64,000 nucleotides of DNA from Squalus acanthias (Eukaryota), in NCBI GenBank assembly GCA_030390025.1, contig CM059432.1, positions 3,720,001-3,784,000 of the forward strand, given 5' to 3'. The notes below the pieces were generated by a model. It saw nothing but the letters and a program-made list of their open reading frames with translations, did no database searches and was not told the origin of the DNA. Made by a program: the position numbers and the translations under genes. Shown here piece by piece: positions 1 through 11,935 of the stretch. Position 1 is the stretch's first letter; every line of letters starts with the position of its first letter.

Positions 1-126
1 TTCGGAGAGAGAGAGAGAGAGACTTCTACATTGACTCAACGCTTTGTGAGGTAGTTTTGCCTAGTTCATCCTAACTTTGCTGCTACTTTCGTTGCTGTAC
101 CTCATTACTTTTCTGGCAAAGAGATT

Positions 127-1286
127 ATGGGGGCTGCAATGATTGGGGGCGTCGTCCTGCTCCAGCTCAATTGGAGGATAGTGAGACGCAGACAGAGAGT
201 GGCAATGATGGCCAGACGGAGGAGGCCATCAGGCGCATGTACAGGAGAGCTTACCCTCCCAGGGTATATCGTGAACAGCTCTCCTACATCCACATGTCCG
301 AGGAGCTGTGTTTGCGAAGGCTGCGATTCAGCAAGGAGGTGGTCACTGAGCTCTGCCACCTGCTGCAGCCAGATCTGCAGCCTCAGCTGAGGTCCAGGAC
401 GTCTCTGTCGGTGGCAGTGAAGGTCACAGTGGCTTTGAACTTCTACGCCACTGGCTCATTCCAAGCTGCTGTTGGGGACCTCGCCAATATCTCCCAGTTT
501 GCGGTGCATCGCTGCATCCGGCAGGTCACCAATGCCCTCTTCACAAGGAGACGAGACTTCATCTCCTTCCCTATGACCCCAGACAAGCAGCATGACCGTG
601 CTATGGGCTTTGCGAGGGTAGCGGGCTTCCCCATGGTGCAGGGCGCCATTGACTGCACGCATGTGGCTTTGCGTGCTCCGCGAGAGAATGCAGAGGAGTT
701 CCGGAACAGAAAGGGGTTCCATTCCTTGAATGTGCAGTTGGTCTGTGACCACAGACAGGTGATTCTCGCTGTCAATGCCCACTATCCGGGCAGCTGCCAC
801 GATGCTTTCATCCTGCGCCAGAGTACTGTGGCAGAAATTTTCGAGGCACCGCATCAGCCAGTTGGTTGGCTTCTGGGGGACAAGGGGTACGCATTGAGCA
901 CCTGGCTGATGACACCGCTCCGTGCGCCAAACACCCCTGCTGAGCTGCGGTACCAGGAAAGCCAACAAGCAACCAGGAACATTATTGAGCGCACAATCGG
1001 CGTGCTCAAACAACGATTCCGCTGTCTGGACCATTCCGGAGGAGCCCTGCAGTACTCGCCTGAGCAAGTTTCCAAATTCGTAGTGGTGTGCTGCATGTTG
1101 CACAACATGGCAATCCTCAGGACGCAGCCAATGCCACCAGGCCTTGCAGCACCACAAGAGGAGGAGGAGGAAGAGGAGGAACAGGCCGAGGACGATGATC
1201 AGCAGCAGCACCAAGGCAGGAGGGCGGCCCACAATGGTCAAACTGCAAGGGCCGTCCGTCAACGACTAATAGCAAGCCGCTTCTAG
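127..1286 (+). CDS. Harbinger DDE transposase (HARBI1-like family); probable 1-nt frameshift near 225, or start at ATG 237
   Basis: Motifs [55 protein letters not shown] and CCMLHN, plus an acidic tail. D-D-E triad intact. ATG127 (MGAA...) is out of frame with 171-1286. Confidence 0.92.
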
Positions 1287-1580
1287 GGCCCCTGCCATTG
1301 CTACAAACACGAATCAACCCAGCACGCAACCCCTAAGCCGGCCAAGGCACCAATAATTCCAACCACCAGCCATGTATATTTTGAATACAGAAACTTATTT
1401 ATTGTACAAACTCTGTGTGTGTCAATTCCTCATGACAAACTCATAGAAATAAACACAAAAAAACAGTCAATAACATAACTGGTTCTCACAACCTGGAGAT
1501 AATGTCCAAAACACTAAACAAAAGTTGGGCCATGAACCTCGGCCTTTAATAAAAAAATGACCAGCATTTTGGCACACCTC

Positions 1581-3706
1581 CTACTTTTTGCCCTTCGAGG
1601 GTGATCTCCTTCCCTTGCGCACTTCCCCCCTTCTAACCCTACTGCTCCTCCGTAATGGGACCTCAGTGGCTGCAGCAAGGCTGGTGGAAGGCTGCTGCTT
1701 GTCAGACCCTGACACTGCAGATGCCCCTGAAGGACGGCCTCGACCACTTCTGGGCCTGGAGGGCCCGGCTGCAGACTGCACCAACTCTGCATGGGCGGCA
1801 GCAGTCTGTCCTACAGGCGGTGGCAAGTGCAGTGGAGAAGTGACAGTGTTGGCAGCAGGAATGCTGTCATCGTGAGAGAGGACAGCAACTCCCTGCTCAC
1901 CCGACACACTGGCACTCCCACGGGGCAGCACTTCAGCATCCGGAGCAATTTGCCGGAGAACAGATTGCTGGCCTGCTGCGGCGCGGTGACAGCCCCGGGG
2001 ACATGTGCACGAACCATCGAGGATGGCAGCAGTCAGTGCTCGCGTGGCCTCAATCTGAGTCTGCATGAGAGCAGTCTCAGATGGGTTCCTGGCAGCCAGT
2101 GACTGAATTGCAGCACTAAGCTTTAGTGTGGCATCCGCCTGTGCTACAGCGAAGTGCTCCACACTCCTTGCCAGTGCCTCAATGCATTCGGGCACCCTTC
2201 CCACTGCACCCATGAGCTCAGTGTGCATGCCCACCGCCTGGCTGTTCATTTCTGCAATCAGCCGCTCCTCCTCTGCGTCCATTGCAGTAGGAGTGTCTGG
2301 CATACTCTCCCTCTGGGGAGAAGGCTCCCGTTCTTCCCTCCCCCCCCCATGGCGTTGCTGCAGCCCGCTGGGTTCTGGAGCTTCACCATCATCAGCCCCT
2401 TCCCCCCTGCTCCCCCGTTCTTCCCTCCCCCCCCAATGGCGTTGCTGCAGCCCGCTGGGTCCTGGAACTTCACCATCATCAGCCCCTTCCCCCCTGCTCC
2501 CCTCCGGGGAAGGCGTGTTCCCAGTGTGGCCATGGGCTTCCTTGGGAGAGGGTGGCACTGATGCTCCGGCTTCCTCTTCCTCCTCAGCTGCAGCATCACT
2601 CCCAGTGGCAGCTTCAGGGACCATCTCCTCAGCTGGTGAATCACCATCTGAAAGCAGGGAGGTACAAGAGTGGCTTTAGCGTGAGGACAGGGTGGCAGTA
2701 AGGGAGGAATAAGTGCAGCGAGTTAGCAAGTTGGATTGAAAGTGTCAAAGGCTGGTATTGTGAGGGACAAGTGGAAGGACAGAGGACAAAAAGGTGATGA
2801 CCTTACCATTGCTGTCCACAACGGGGTCGGCGTCCCCAGTGGCGACGGGACCGATCACCCGGCTTGCCACAATCCTGTGGACGCGCTCCTCCAGATCGCT
2901 GAGGGGTTGCAGCTGAAGCCGCCCTCCACCCGTCCGTTGCTGCTGTCTCCGATTATGAGCCAGCTTAGCCTGCAAGAAAAAGGACAGCATCTGAGTCAAT
3001 ATACAGCCATGGTCTTGCCTGATGTGCCTCCCATAGGTGAATAGCCCTTACAATATGCAGCCATGGTCTTGCCTGATGTGCCTCCCATAGGTGAATAGCC
3101 CTTACAATATGCAGCCATGGTCTTGCCTGATGTGCCTCCCATAGGTGAATAGCCCTTACAATATGCAGCCATGGTCTTGCCTGATGTGCCTCCCATAGGT
3201 GAATAGCCCTTACAATATGCAGCCATGGTCTTGCCTGATGTGCCTCCCATAGGTGAATAGCCCTTACAATATGCAGCCATGGTCTTGCCTGATGTACCTC
3301 CCATAGATGAATAGCCCTTACTGTATGCAAAGTGTGGAATGTGTGTGTGTGTTTGATGAAAGGGCCATAGGTGTTGCATGAGTGTTGTGCATTGGGGTTT
3401 TAAGACCCTCTGGCCATAGAGTGAGGTTGAGATGGAGGGATGGAGAGGTATTGAGAAAAAGCCACTCACCCTGACGACCCGAGTGAGGTCGTTGAACTTT
3501 TTGCGGCACTGAACATGGGTCCTGGGCACCATGCTCCTGGAGGAGACGCTCTGAGCCACCTCCCTCCACACTCTTCTGAACTCGCGTGGCAAAGGCCTCC
3601 TGCCACTCTCCGGGAACAGCATGCATCGTCTGCGCTCCACTGCGTCAACCAGAGCATCCAAGGCCCGCTCGGTGAAGCGATGAGCGCGTTCTCTCACCCT
3701 CTCCAT
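1581..3706 (-). CDS. Harbinger Myb/SANT-like DNA-binding protein, 3 exons (3706-3470, 2969-2807, 2647-1581), 488 aa
   Basis: Exon 1 reads RFTERALDALV...WREVA...RTHVQCRKKFNDL. Splice sites GTGAGT / TTGCAG and GTAAGG / TTTCAG, with phases 0 and 1, join into one open frame of 1467 nt. Confidence 0.85.
2324..2500. repeat. 87-bp in-frame tandem duplication in Myb gene exon 3
   Basis: GSRGEGADDGE.P.PSGLQQRH.GGREER occurs twice; TTCTTCCCTC recurs at 2331 and 2418. Confidence 0.9.
2999..3322. repeat. 54-bp minisatellite, 6 copies, in Myb gene intron 1
   Basis: Unit ATATGCAGCCATGGTCTTGCCTGATGTGCCTCCCATAGGTGAATAGCCCTTACA; inner copies are identical. Confidence 0.95.
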
Positions 3707-4064
3707 GCTTGGCAGCAAAATGGATTACAGGTCTCTCCAGGCTGAGATTCAAGGCTGCAATGAGCAGGGTGTGGCTGGGGAGCAAGTGGCCCCCCCCCGC
3801 TTTAAGAAGTGTCCGGCGCCAGTGTGTCTGTGTTCCCTCGCTAACTGGCAGCAGCTGCGCTGCGCTCGTGCGCTGAGGTAGCGCCTCACTGCTCGGCCTT
3901 TGCGCCTTAAGACAGGTGTGCAGCGCCTAATTTAGCGCTCCACTCACCTCCCGGGGCGGTAAAAGTGAAGTTTCCTGTCAGTGCCGATAATTAGCGCCAG
4001 GCGCTAATATTTGCGCGCGGACGATATTTGCGCCCCAAATGGGGCGCGACCTAATTTCTACCCC

Positions 4065-4655
4065 TAGGTATTCTGCGGCGAGTGTCTCACCTCCTGGTTC
4101 CCCAAAGCCTTTCCACCATCTACAAGGCACAAGTCAGGAGTGTGATGGAATACTCTCCACTTGCCTGGATGAGTGCAGCTCCAACAACACTCAAGAAGCT
4201 CGACACCATCCAGGACAAAGCAGCCCGCTTGATTGTACCCCATGCACCACCTTAAACATTCACTCCCTCCACCACCGGCGTACCGTGGCTGCAGTGTGTA
4301 CCATCTACAAGATGCACTGCAGCAACTCGCCAAGGCTCCTTTGACAGCACCTCCCAAACCCTCGACTTCTTCCACCGAGAAGGACAACGGCAGCAGGCGC
4401 ATGGGAACACTGTTAACTGCAAATTCTCCTCCAAGTCACATACCATCCTGACTTGGAAATATATCGCCATTCCTTCATAGTCGCTGGGTCAAAATCCTGG
4501 AACTCCCTCCCTAACAGCACTGTGGGAGCACCTTCACCACACGGACTGCAGCGGTTCAAGATGGCAGCTCACCACCACCTTCTCAAGGGCAATTAGGGAG
4601 GGGCAATAAATGCTGGCCTTGCCAGCGACACCCACATTCCAGGAACGAATAAAAA
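4065..4655 (+). mobile_element. 3' fragment of a CR1-group LINE ('family B'; exact clade uncertain)
   Basis: Encodes GILRRVSHLL...STIYKAQVRSVMEYSPLAW; same sequence recurs at 27236, 29398, 31710, 39205 and 45625; A-rich tail. Confidence 0.8.
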
Positions 4656-4737
4656 AAAACCCTTTATTCCATTTGAGGATCTCTGTGCCACATTCATCAT
4701 TGTTTGGAAAAAAGAGAAGACTTGCATTTTTATTATG

Positions 4738-4978
4738 GCTTTTACGCAGTGAGTGGTTAGGATCTGGAATGCACTGCCTGAGAGGGTGGTGGAGGCAGAT
4801 TCAATTGTGGCTTTCAAAAGGGAATTGGATAAGTACCTGAAGGAAAAAAAATTGCAGGGCTACGGGGAAAGGGCGGGGGAGTGGGACTAGCTGAAATGCT
4901 CTTGCAGAGAGCCGGCACGGGCTCGACGGACCGAATGGCCTCTTTCTGTGCCGTAACCACTCTATGATTGTATGATTT
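4738..4978 (+). mobile_element. CR1 LINE 3' end
   Basis: FTQ.VVRIWNALPERVVEA..FKRELDKYL, followed by the GGCCGAATGGCCT-type 3' motif and a short-repeat tail. Confidence 0.85.
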
Positions 4979-5012
4979 GTGAGTGGCTGGCCTATGCAAA
5001 TTAATATTATTT

Positions 5013-5256
5013 ATCTTCTTCTTCTTAGGCAGTCGCTCGGAACCGAGGATGACTTGTTTCCACACTAAAAATGAGTTCTCAGGTGACTGATGAGTCCAAT
5101 GCGGGACCTACAGTCTCTGTCACAGGTGGGGCAGACGGTGGTTGAAGTGGCGGGTGGGTGGGGTGCTTGGGTTGACGTGCGCTCCTTGCGCTGTTTGCGC
5201 TTGGCTTCCGCTTGCTCCCGGCGAAGAGACTCGAGGTGTTCGGCGCCTTCCCGGAT
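5013..5256 (-). mobile_element. RTE-clade LINE 3' end
   Basis: C-terminal CPTCDRDCRSRIGLISHLRTH zinc finger and (AAG)n tail. Confidence 0.88.
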
Positions 5257-5464
5257 GTGGGTTGGTGACTTAATACAAGGTATAATGTAAGCCACATTTT
5301 GATGAGGAAGGATTGTATATTCTGATCAAGGAACATAAAACTGAAAGGTGCGCTTTATGATGCCTAATTAAGCATGAGCAGAGGAGCGAGTTGTTGAATG
5401 TCCGAGGTTACTTTAGTGAAAAATATACCAACAATCAAAAGTATTGGGTGATTTAAAAAAAAAA

Positions 5465-5908
5465 GGAAGACTTGCATTGCTATAGCGCCTTTCACGACCT
5501 CAGGACATCCCAAAGCGCTTTACAGCCAATGAAGTGTAGTCACTCTTGTAATGTATGAAACGCGGCAGCCAATTTGTGCACAGCAAGCTCCCACAAACAG
5601 CAATGTGACAATGACCAAATAATCTGTTTTTGTAATGTTGGTTGAGAGATAACTATTGGGCCAGGACACCGGGGAGAACTCCCCTGCTCTTCTATTGATG
5701 TAATCCCATCGGATCTTTTGCATCCACTTGAGCGGGCCCCGGTTTAACATCTCACCTGAAAAACGACCCCTTCCACAGTGCAGCGCTCCCTCGGTATTGC
5801 ACTGGGAGCGTCAGCCTAGATTTTGTACTCAAGTCTGTGCAATGGGAGTTGAACCCGCAACCTTCTGACTCAAGAGACAAGAGCAGTACCCACTGAGTCA
5901 CAGCTGAC
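5465..5908 (-). mobile_element. tRNA-derived Deu-domain SINE (SacSINE1-like), full length
   Basis: tRNA-like head with A/B boxes, conserved core and L2-like tail ending GCAAGTCTT; more than 10 copies in the window. Confidence 0.8.
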
Positions 5909-6859
5909 GCATGCATTGAAGGAACTGTACTGTGATCTGAAACCCGTGGTTATAGAATAGCAGCAGAGGTGTCACTGTGAGATACTTAAAAAAAAACGTC
6001 ATTAATTATTTGACTTCCGATGTCTCTCGCAGCCATTCCTTGCTCACTGAAGGGCTGAGGTCACCTCCCCAGGAATTACCCCTGTCCAAGCCTTATTACA
6101 TTGCAACCACGCGCTGGGCACAGCAAGCCACCACTTGGTGGGATACACGCACATTGCAGAGCCCCGTTCAGCTCTTATCAAGGCATTTGAAAACAGCGCT
6201 CTCAGATTGCTTTCTCGATTACAAGTCTTGTGGAAGCATCTGTCAGGTTGTGGTGCTCCTCAGCGGCTGGTCTTGAAACTCACAGAGGGGGTCAAGATCC
6301 GTGGCAGCAGAGGGCACGTCTTGTTTCCCCACCCGCCATCTGGTCACTTCTGAAAATTCCCTGAAGCGAACAGGGAAGGCAGAATTGCTGAGAATGAATG
6401 GCATTGGTAACTCTCAGCAGACCTGGCACTGGAAGGCAGAATTCTTAGCGTCTGTTCACACACAATCAGCGAGTGGATGCCCCCTTCTCTTCAGAAACTT
6501 GGGGGGGGGGTGGGGAGTTTACCTGTAGGAGATCGCCGTGCCTCTGCGAGTGCCACCCATTTCACCTTGCACTTTGAATAGACTGCATGGCTCTATCATG
6601 CTGCTGTCTCTGACCCTGTGGCCGGAATCTTTAGCTGGAGTCGGGGCGGGTGTGTGCGGGCTGCGTATTGGGCCTCCATCCCGAAGATTTCAACACTGCG
6701 TTCTGCACTGTGCGTTTACCTCAATGGCACCAGTTGAAAGAGTCATGCCGGTTTCCCAGCCCAACTCAATGGAGCGGGTCTAATGACGTCACCGATGACT
6801 CGTTTTCAGCTCGGATATTTAAAGCAGCCTTGCACGCACCTCATTTGAAGGTTGCTGTA

Positions 6860-6965
6860 GGAGTGGAGTTGAGGCCAAGATCAGATCAGCCATGATCTTA
6901 TTGAATGGCGGAGCAGGCTCGAGGGGCCGAATGACCGACTCTGCTCCTACGTCTTATGTTCTTAT
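6860..6965 (+). mobile_element. Short CR1 3' tail inserted in Harbinger-2
   Basis: GATCAGCCATGATCTTATTGAATGGCGGAGCAGGCTCGAGGGGCCGAATG plus TCTTATGT tail repeats; also seen at 12204 and 23558. Confidence 0.8.
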
Positions 6966-7032
6966 ATTATATATGTTCAAGGTGCTTTTAAGAGCTACAA
7001 ATTGCTCAATAAGATTGACAATTCTGTGGGTC

Positions 7033-8921
7033 GTGGAGACACAAAGACAGAGGGCAGCGCCAAGATTCCCAGATGCCTCCCTGGAAGTGCTGGTCCAGGG
7101 CGTAAGAGCACACGGGGAGGTCCTATTCCCTGGGGATGGCCGAAAAAGCCCAGCCAGAGACACAAACAGGGCATGGCTAGAGATCGCAGAGGAGGTCAGC
7201 AGCAGGGATGTGGTGAGGCGGACCTGGATCCAGTGCCGCAAAAGATTCAATGATCTCATGAGGTCAGGAAAGGTGAGTGCAATGCCACACTCACCTATAT
7301 CCTGAGGTGCCTGTCACCACAACCCCATCACTCTGACTTCCCAAGCCTACTCCTGCACATCATTCCTCACACCAACCTACCTTGCAGGTGCACCCATCCC
7401 TTTCTGTCTATGCACCTACTCACATCCCCATCTGACTAAACACCCCTGACACTCACCCTCATCCTAATGCAATCATAGCAAGTGACACCACAGAAGGAGG
7501 CCATTTGGAAATGTCACGCCACTCCCTCATAGTCACCCTCTGCAGATATAATCCATCCATACCTTACACTCATTCCATCACTCTCACTCAAAGTTCTCTT
7601 CTTTCCCTCCTTGCAGGAGAAGAGATCCCAGAACAATAGGGAGAGGCAGAGAACCGGAGGTGGCCCTCCAATCTTCACTCAATTGACACCAGCAGAGGAG
7701 GAGGCCCTGGAGATCTCTGGAGTTGCACAGCTGCTGGCCGTGGGAGACGGAGAGAGGGGGACATCCCAGCAACTGGTGACAGAATTAAATATCATACAGC
7801 CACATGGCATACAGCAGTCACTCATCTGGGGACTGATGTCAGCAGCCAGTGAAATGTCATCACGTGCATAATGGTAACTTTACCCATTCTTATCATAAGA
7901 CTTCTTACTCTCCCACCGGTCCATCAAGTGCCCCCCCCTCCCGGCCCCACTGTCCAGCCGGAGGAGGAAGACAACTCTTCAGAGGAAGCTCCAGCCTCTG
8001 AGGGTGCACCGTCAGCAGACCCAAACACTGCCAGCACCAGCGCAGATACGCACACCTGGGTGGGTCCCACGCGAGACAGAGTTGTCACCCAGTGTCTCAC
8101 ACATTACAAGTGAGAAAGGGCAGCTGGTGTTGACAGGGACAGCAGTGGAGACTCCTCGCCAGAGGGCACAGGACGCTCCAAGCTCTGCTGAGCAGCATGC
8201 AGATGCTGAGCCTCGGGGGCCATTGAGAAAGAGGGTGGTCTTGGAGGGGCATCGACAATTGCGTGAGGCTCTGGCAGCTTTTGCAGCCGCGATGGCTGCA
8301 AATGTACAGAGAATGGAAGAGTTCATCTCCAACATGAGCACCACCATGTCGCAGGCGATGGCGACGATGTGCTCTTCCATGGAAAGGATGGCCACCCGCA
8401 TGGAGCAGCAAATGGGCCAGTCCAACGAGAACATGGTTGCTGTGGACAACAGATGGCAGACACTCGTTGACGTCATCTCGAGGAGGGATGCTAATGTCGA
8501 CTTGGGCCTTCATCGCCCCACTGCTGTGCAGCAGGGTGCTCTCCAGCTCCTTGCTAGCAGGGAAGTGAGGGTGGCCGATGAGAGGGATGATGCTGAGAGG
8601 GGACATGGAAGTGGCGGGTCTGCTCAAAGTGCTCCCACTTTTCCCCCGTTGCCTCCCCCTCAATCAGAGCCCCACATGCTTCCTCGGATCCCGATGCCGG
8701 AGTCTGCCCCTGCACAGTCACCGGAGGAGCAGTCTTTGGCGGGGCCTTCACAGGCTCCAAAACCCAGAGGACATCCGCCAAAAGTGTCAAAGCAGTCACA
8801 GCAGGGAAGTGAGCAGCCTGCCTCTACCTCTGCTGAAGCCACAGGGGTTGCACCCCATAGAAGCACGCGTAAACACCATCCTAGATACACAAGGGTATGC
8901 ACATGGGAGTTCTATTTATGA
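7033..8921 (+). pseudogene. Harbinger Myb/SANT gene, degraded 3-exon structure
   Basis: Exon 1 7033-7272 (RFPDASLEVLV...WLEIA...RTWIQCRKRFNDL, GTGAGT donor). Exon 2 from 7617 (EKRSQNNRERQRTGGG). Start codon reads GTG, exon-3 acceptor is lost and frameshifts are present. Confidence 0.8.
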
Positions 8922-9161
8922 TGCACATCAATTTATTTCTTTGCACCACTTTCCGGTCTTGTCCATTTTTGCCAGCCACCTGGGAAGTGGCTTTGTCACT
9001 TGGAGTGAATGGTGAGACATTACTTCACCTCGAGCACTGGGGGTTTGGGTGACAGGAATGGCTTGGTCATTGTAGGGATGCTTTGTGGTTTTGTTGGGGG
9101 TGGGGGATGGGCGGGGAAGTTGATACAGCCTCTGGTGGCTATGTGGGCGCACTAGTGCAAG

Positions 9162-10726
9162 TTAAGTAAATCGGGCCATGATGAGGCCGTCCCAGGCCTC
9201 CCGGGCAGCAATATGCACCGCTGCTGCTGTCATCTCCACCTCAGGTTCCTCCTCCTCCTCATCCTCGTGTACCACCTGTTCCTCCTCTACCTCCTCCTCC
9301 TCCTCTGAAGAGGCTGTGCGCTCTGTGCCTTGCTTCTCCTGCAGCTCCAATCCTCGCTGCTGCGCTATGTTGTGCAGCGCGCAGCAGACGACGATGTTTC
9401 TGGAGATCCTGGCTGGTGCGTATTGAAGGGCTCCTCCAGATCTGTCAAGGCATCTGAAGCGCATCTTCATCAGGCTGATTGCTTGCTCTATGACACATCT
9501 GGTGGACATGTGGCTCTTATTATAATGCTCCTCGGCCTCATTATTTGGCCTCCTCAAGGGTGTCATGATCCATGTCTTCAGTGGATAGCCCTTGTCTCCA
9601 AGCAGGCAGCCGGTAAGTCTGTTCGGAGGTGCGAAGAGCTAAGGGAGAGTGGACTGGCGCAGGACGAAAGAGTCATGACAGCTGCCAGGGAATCTGGCGC
9701 ACACATGCATGATGATCTTTTTTATGGTTGCAGACGAGCTGCACATTGAGGGAGTGGAAGCCCTTGTGGTTCACAAACACTCCTGGGTGATGATGGGGTG
9801 CCCTGATGGCCACATGTGAGCAGTCGATGACACCCTGCACCTGTGGGAAGCCAGCCAGAGCCTCAAAGCTGAGCGCCCGCTCAGTAACTCTGGCCTCATC
9901 AGTGGCAAAGTTTACATAAGTGGCTGACTTGTGAAACTTGGCATCGGTCACCTGGGAGATGCATCTGTGGGTGGCCGATTGCGAGTTCCTGCAAATGTCG
10001 GCTGCAGATCCCTGGAAGGAGCCTGAGGCGAAGAAGTTGAGGGCGGTGGTGACTTTGACAGCCACTGGTAAGGAGTGTCCACCAGGTCCTCTGGGCAGCA
10101 GATCTTGTTCCAGCAAGCTGCAAACGTCTGCGACAAGCTGGCGTGATAGCCTGAGCCTCACAGAATCACAGAATCCCCACAGTATAGATAGAGGCCATTT
10201 CGGCCCATCGAGCCTGCACCGACACATATCCCACCCTATCCCCGTAACCCCATGTATTTAATCCCCCCTAACACTAAGGGTCAATTTATCACAGCCAAAT
10301 CAACCTAACCCGCACATCTTTGGACTGTGGGAGGAAACCGGAGCACCCGGAGGAAACCCACGCAGACACGGGGAGAATGTGCAAACTCCACACAGACAGT
10401 CATCCGAGGCCGGATTCGAACCCGGGTCCCTGGCGCTGTGAGGCAACAGTGCTAACCACTATGCCACCGTGTTGCCTCCTTTGGCAGTGGTGCTCAGTCA
10501 TGTCCAGGAAGCTCATCCTCTGCCTGTATACCCTGTGTTGGGGGTATCACCTCCGGTGCGGTGCAGCCCTGTGCTGATCCCTTCTCTCCTGTGGAGCATC
10601 AGGTCATTGAGGAGAAGGCTGCTGGTGTTGTTGCTGCTGCTGCTGGTGTGGCTGGTGTTGGTGGTGCTGGGGCTCATCTTGGTCCGATTCTGAGGTCCAA
10701 TGTGTGACAGCATAAGCGGCACCCAT
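9162..10726 (-). pseudogene. Harbinger transposase pseudogene
   Basis: MGAA start, [54 protein letters not shown]; in-frame stops, frameshifts and a SINE insertion. Confidence 0.9.
10159..10476 (-). mobile_element. V-SINE (HE1-like), full length, inserted in the transposase
   Basis: tRNA head GGTGGCATAGTGGTTAGCAC...GGTTCGAATCC, V-domain GTGGAGTTTGCACATTCTCCCCGTG, CR1-like tail; GCCT at both junctions. Confidence 0.88.
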
Positions 10727-11270
10727 GCTGATGTAATAGATGGCAGGTAAAGTGGAGATCAGAGGCCCAATCCCTCAATATTCTGATAGTGAATAGCAAT
10801 GTGGTGAGAGTGGCTTCTGATGTTGCAGAAATGATCTGCAAACTCCTGATCGCTAAATCGCTGCAGAAAATGGTGTCAGTAAGAGCCTTTCCATTCGACA
10901 AGGAAGCCGGTGTATGGTGTGAATGTTTATGTGTTTTTTCCAGCTGTCACTTAGTGGACTGGCACAATGGCCACTGAGCTCCCGCCTCCCCTTCACAGGC
11001 GAGCTTCCCGAGGTGCGTGAATCCCGTGCGCAACAAGTTAAAGCCAAAACCTGACGTTAAAAAGGCAGTTAAGGATCTGTAAACGAGCAGAACCTCAATG
11101 AGGTCGCCCGCCTCTCCCGAGTGGGTCCGTGGCACGCCTCAAAACGCGCCCGAGATGAAGGCGGAAGTTGGTGGGATGACGGTGGGTTCCCGACGCGCTG
11201 TCAATTTAAGCGCTTTTAACGACCAAACTGCCCCAAACCCGCACGCTTGGCAACGGGAAAATTCCGGCCT

Positions 11271-11935
11271 ATATCCTCTCCATCACCAAGACCGCCTACT
11301 TCCACCTCCGTAACATCGCTCACCTCCGCAACCTGCCTCAGCTCATCTGCTGCTGAAACCCTCATCCACGCTTTTGTTACCTCCCGACGTGACTATTCCA
11401 ACGCTCTCCTGGCTGGCTTCCCACTTCCCACCCTCCCTAAACTTTAGCTCATCTGAAGCTCTGCTGCCCCGTGCCCTAACTCGCACCAAGTGCCATTCAC
11501 CCATCACTCCCGGTGCTCTCTGATCTACATTGGCTCCTGGTCCAGCAACACCTCAACTTTAAAATCCTTATCCTTGTTTTCAAATCCCTCCATGGCCTCG
11601 TTCCCTCCCTATCTCTGTAATCTCCTCCAGTCCTACAACCCTCTGAGATTTCAGCACTCGTCCAACTTTGACCTCTGGTTAATCCCCGATCACCCCACCA
11701 TTGGCGGCTGTGCCTTCAGCTGCCTGGGCCCCAAGCTCTGGAATTCCCTCCCTAAACCTCTCCGCCTCCCTCTCCTCCTTGAAGACGCTCCTTGAAACAT
11801 ACCTCTTCGACCAAGCTTTTGGTCACCTGCCCTAATATCTCCTTATGTGGCTCGGTGTCAAATTGTGTCTGATAATCGCTCCTGTGAAGCACCTTGGGAC
11901 ATTTTACTATGTTAAGGTGCAAGTTGTTGTTGTTG
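11271..11935 (+). mobile_element. L2-clade LINE 3' fragment
   Basis: AETLIHAFVTSRRDYSNALLAG, GCAFSCLGPKLWNSLP, (TTG)n tail. Confidence 0.85.

Larger units (their letters stand above)
1..4064 (+). mobile_element. PIF/Harbinger DNA transposon, near-intact; left end lies outside the window
   Basis: Convergent transposase and Myb/SANT genes. GC-rich subterminal region ends AATTTCTACCCC (TIR reads GGGGTAGAAATT), followed by TAG, after which an interrupted LINE fragment resumes. Confidence 0.9.
6620..11269 (-). mobile_element. Second Harbinger transposon, both ends present but decayed
   Basis: Terminal inverted repeat GGCCGGAAT (6620) / ATTCCGGCC (11261-11269); flanks TGT/TAT; Myb gene on +, transposase on -, convergent. 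Confidence 0.85.

Noticed and set aside
171..1286. Domesticated host gene HARBI1 (or NAIF1/MSANTD for the Myb ORF)
   Set aside because: Paired genes inside a TIR-bounded unit inserted in a LINE, with related decayed copies nearby, indicate a transposon.
2999..3322. CRISPR-like array
   Set aside because: Head-to-tail identical units with no unique spacers, no cas genes and a eukaryotic context; the same applies to 21685-21873.
10400..10476. Genuine tRNA gene
   Set aside because: A/B boxes run directly into the V-SINE core; this is a SINE head, as are the Deu-SINE heads.
10615..10670. Host polyQ/CAG-repeat exon
   Set aside because: It is the low-complexity N-terminus of the decayed Harbinger-2 transposase.
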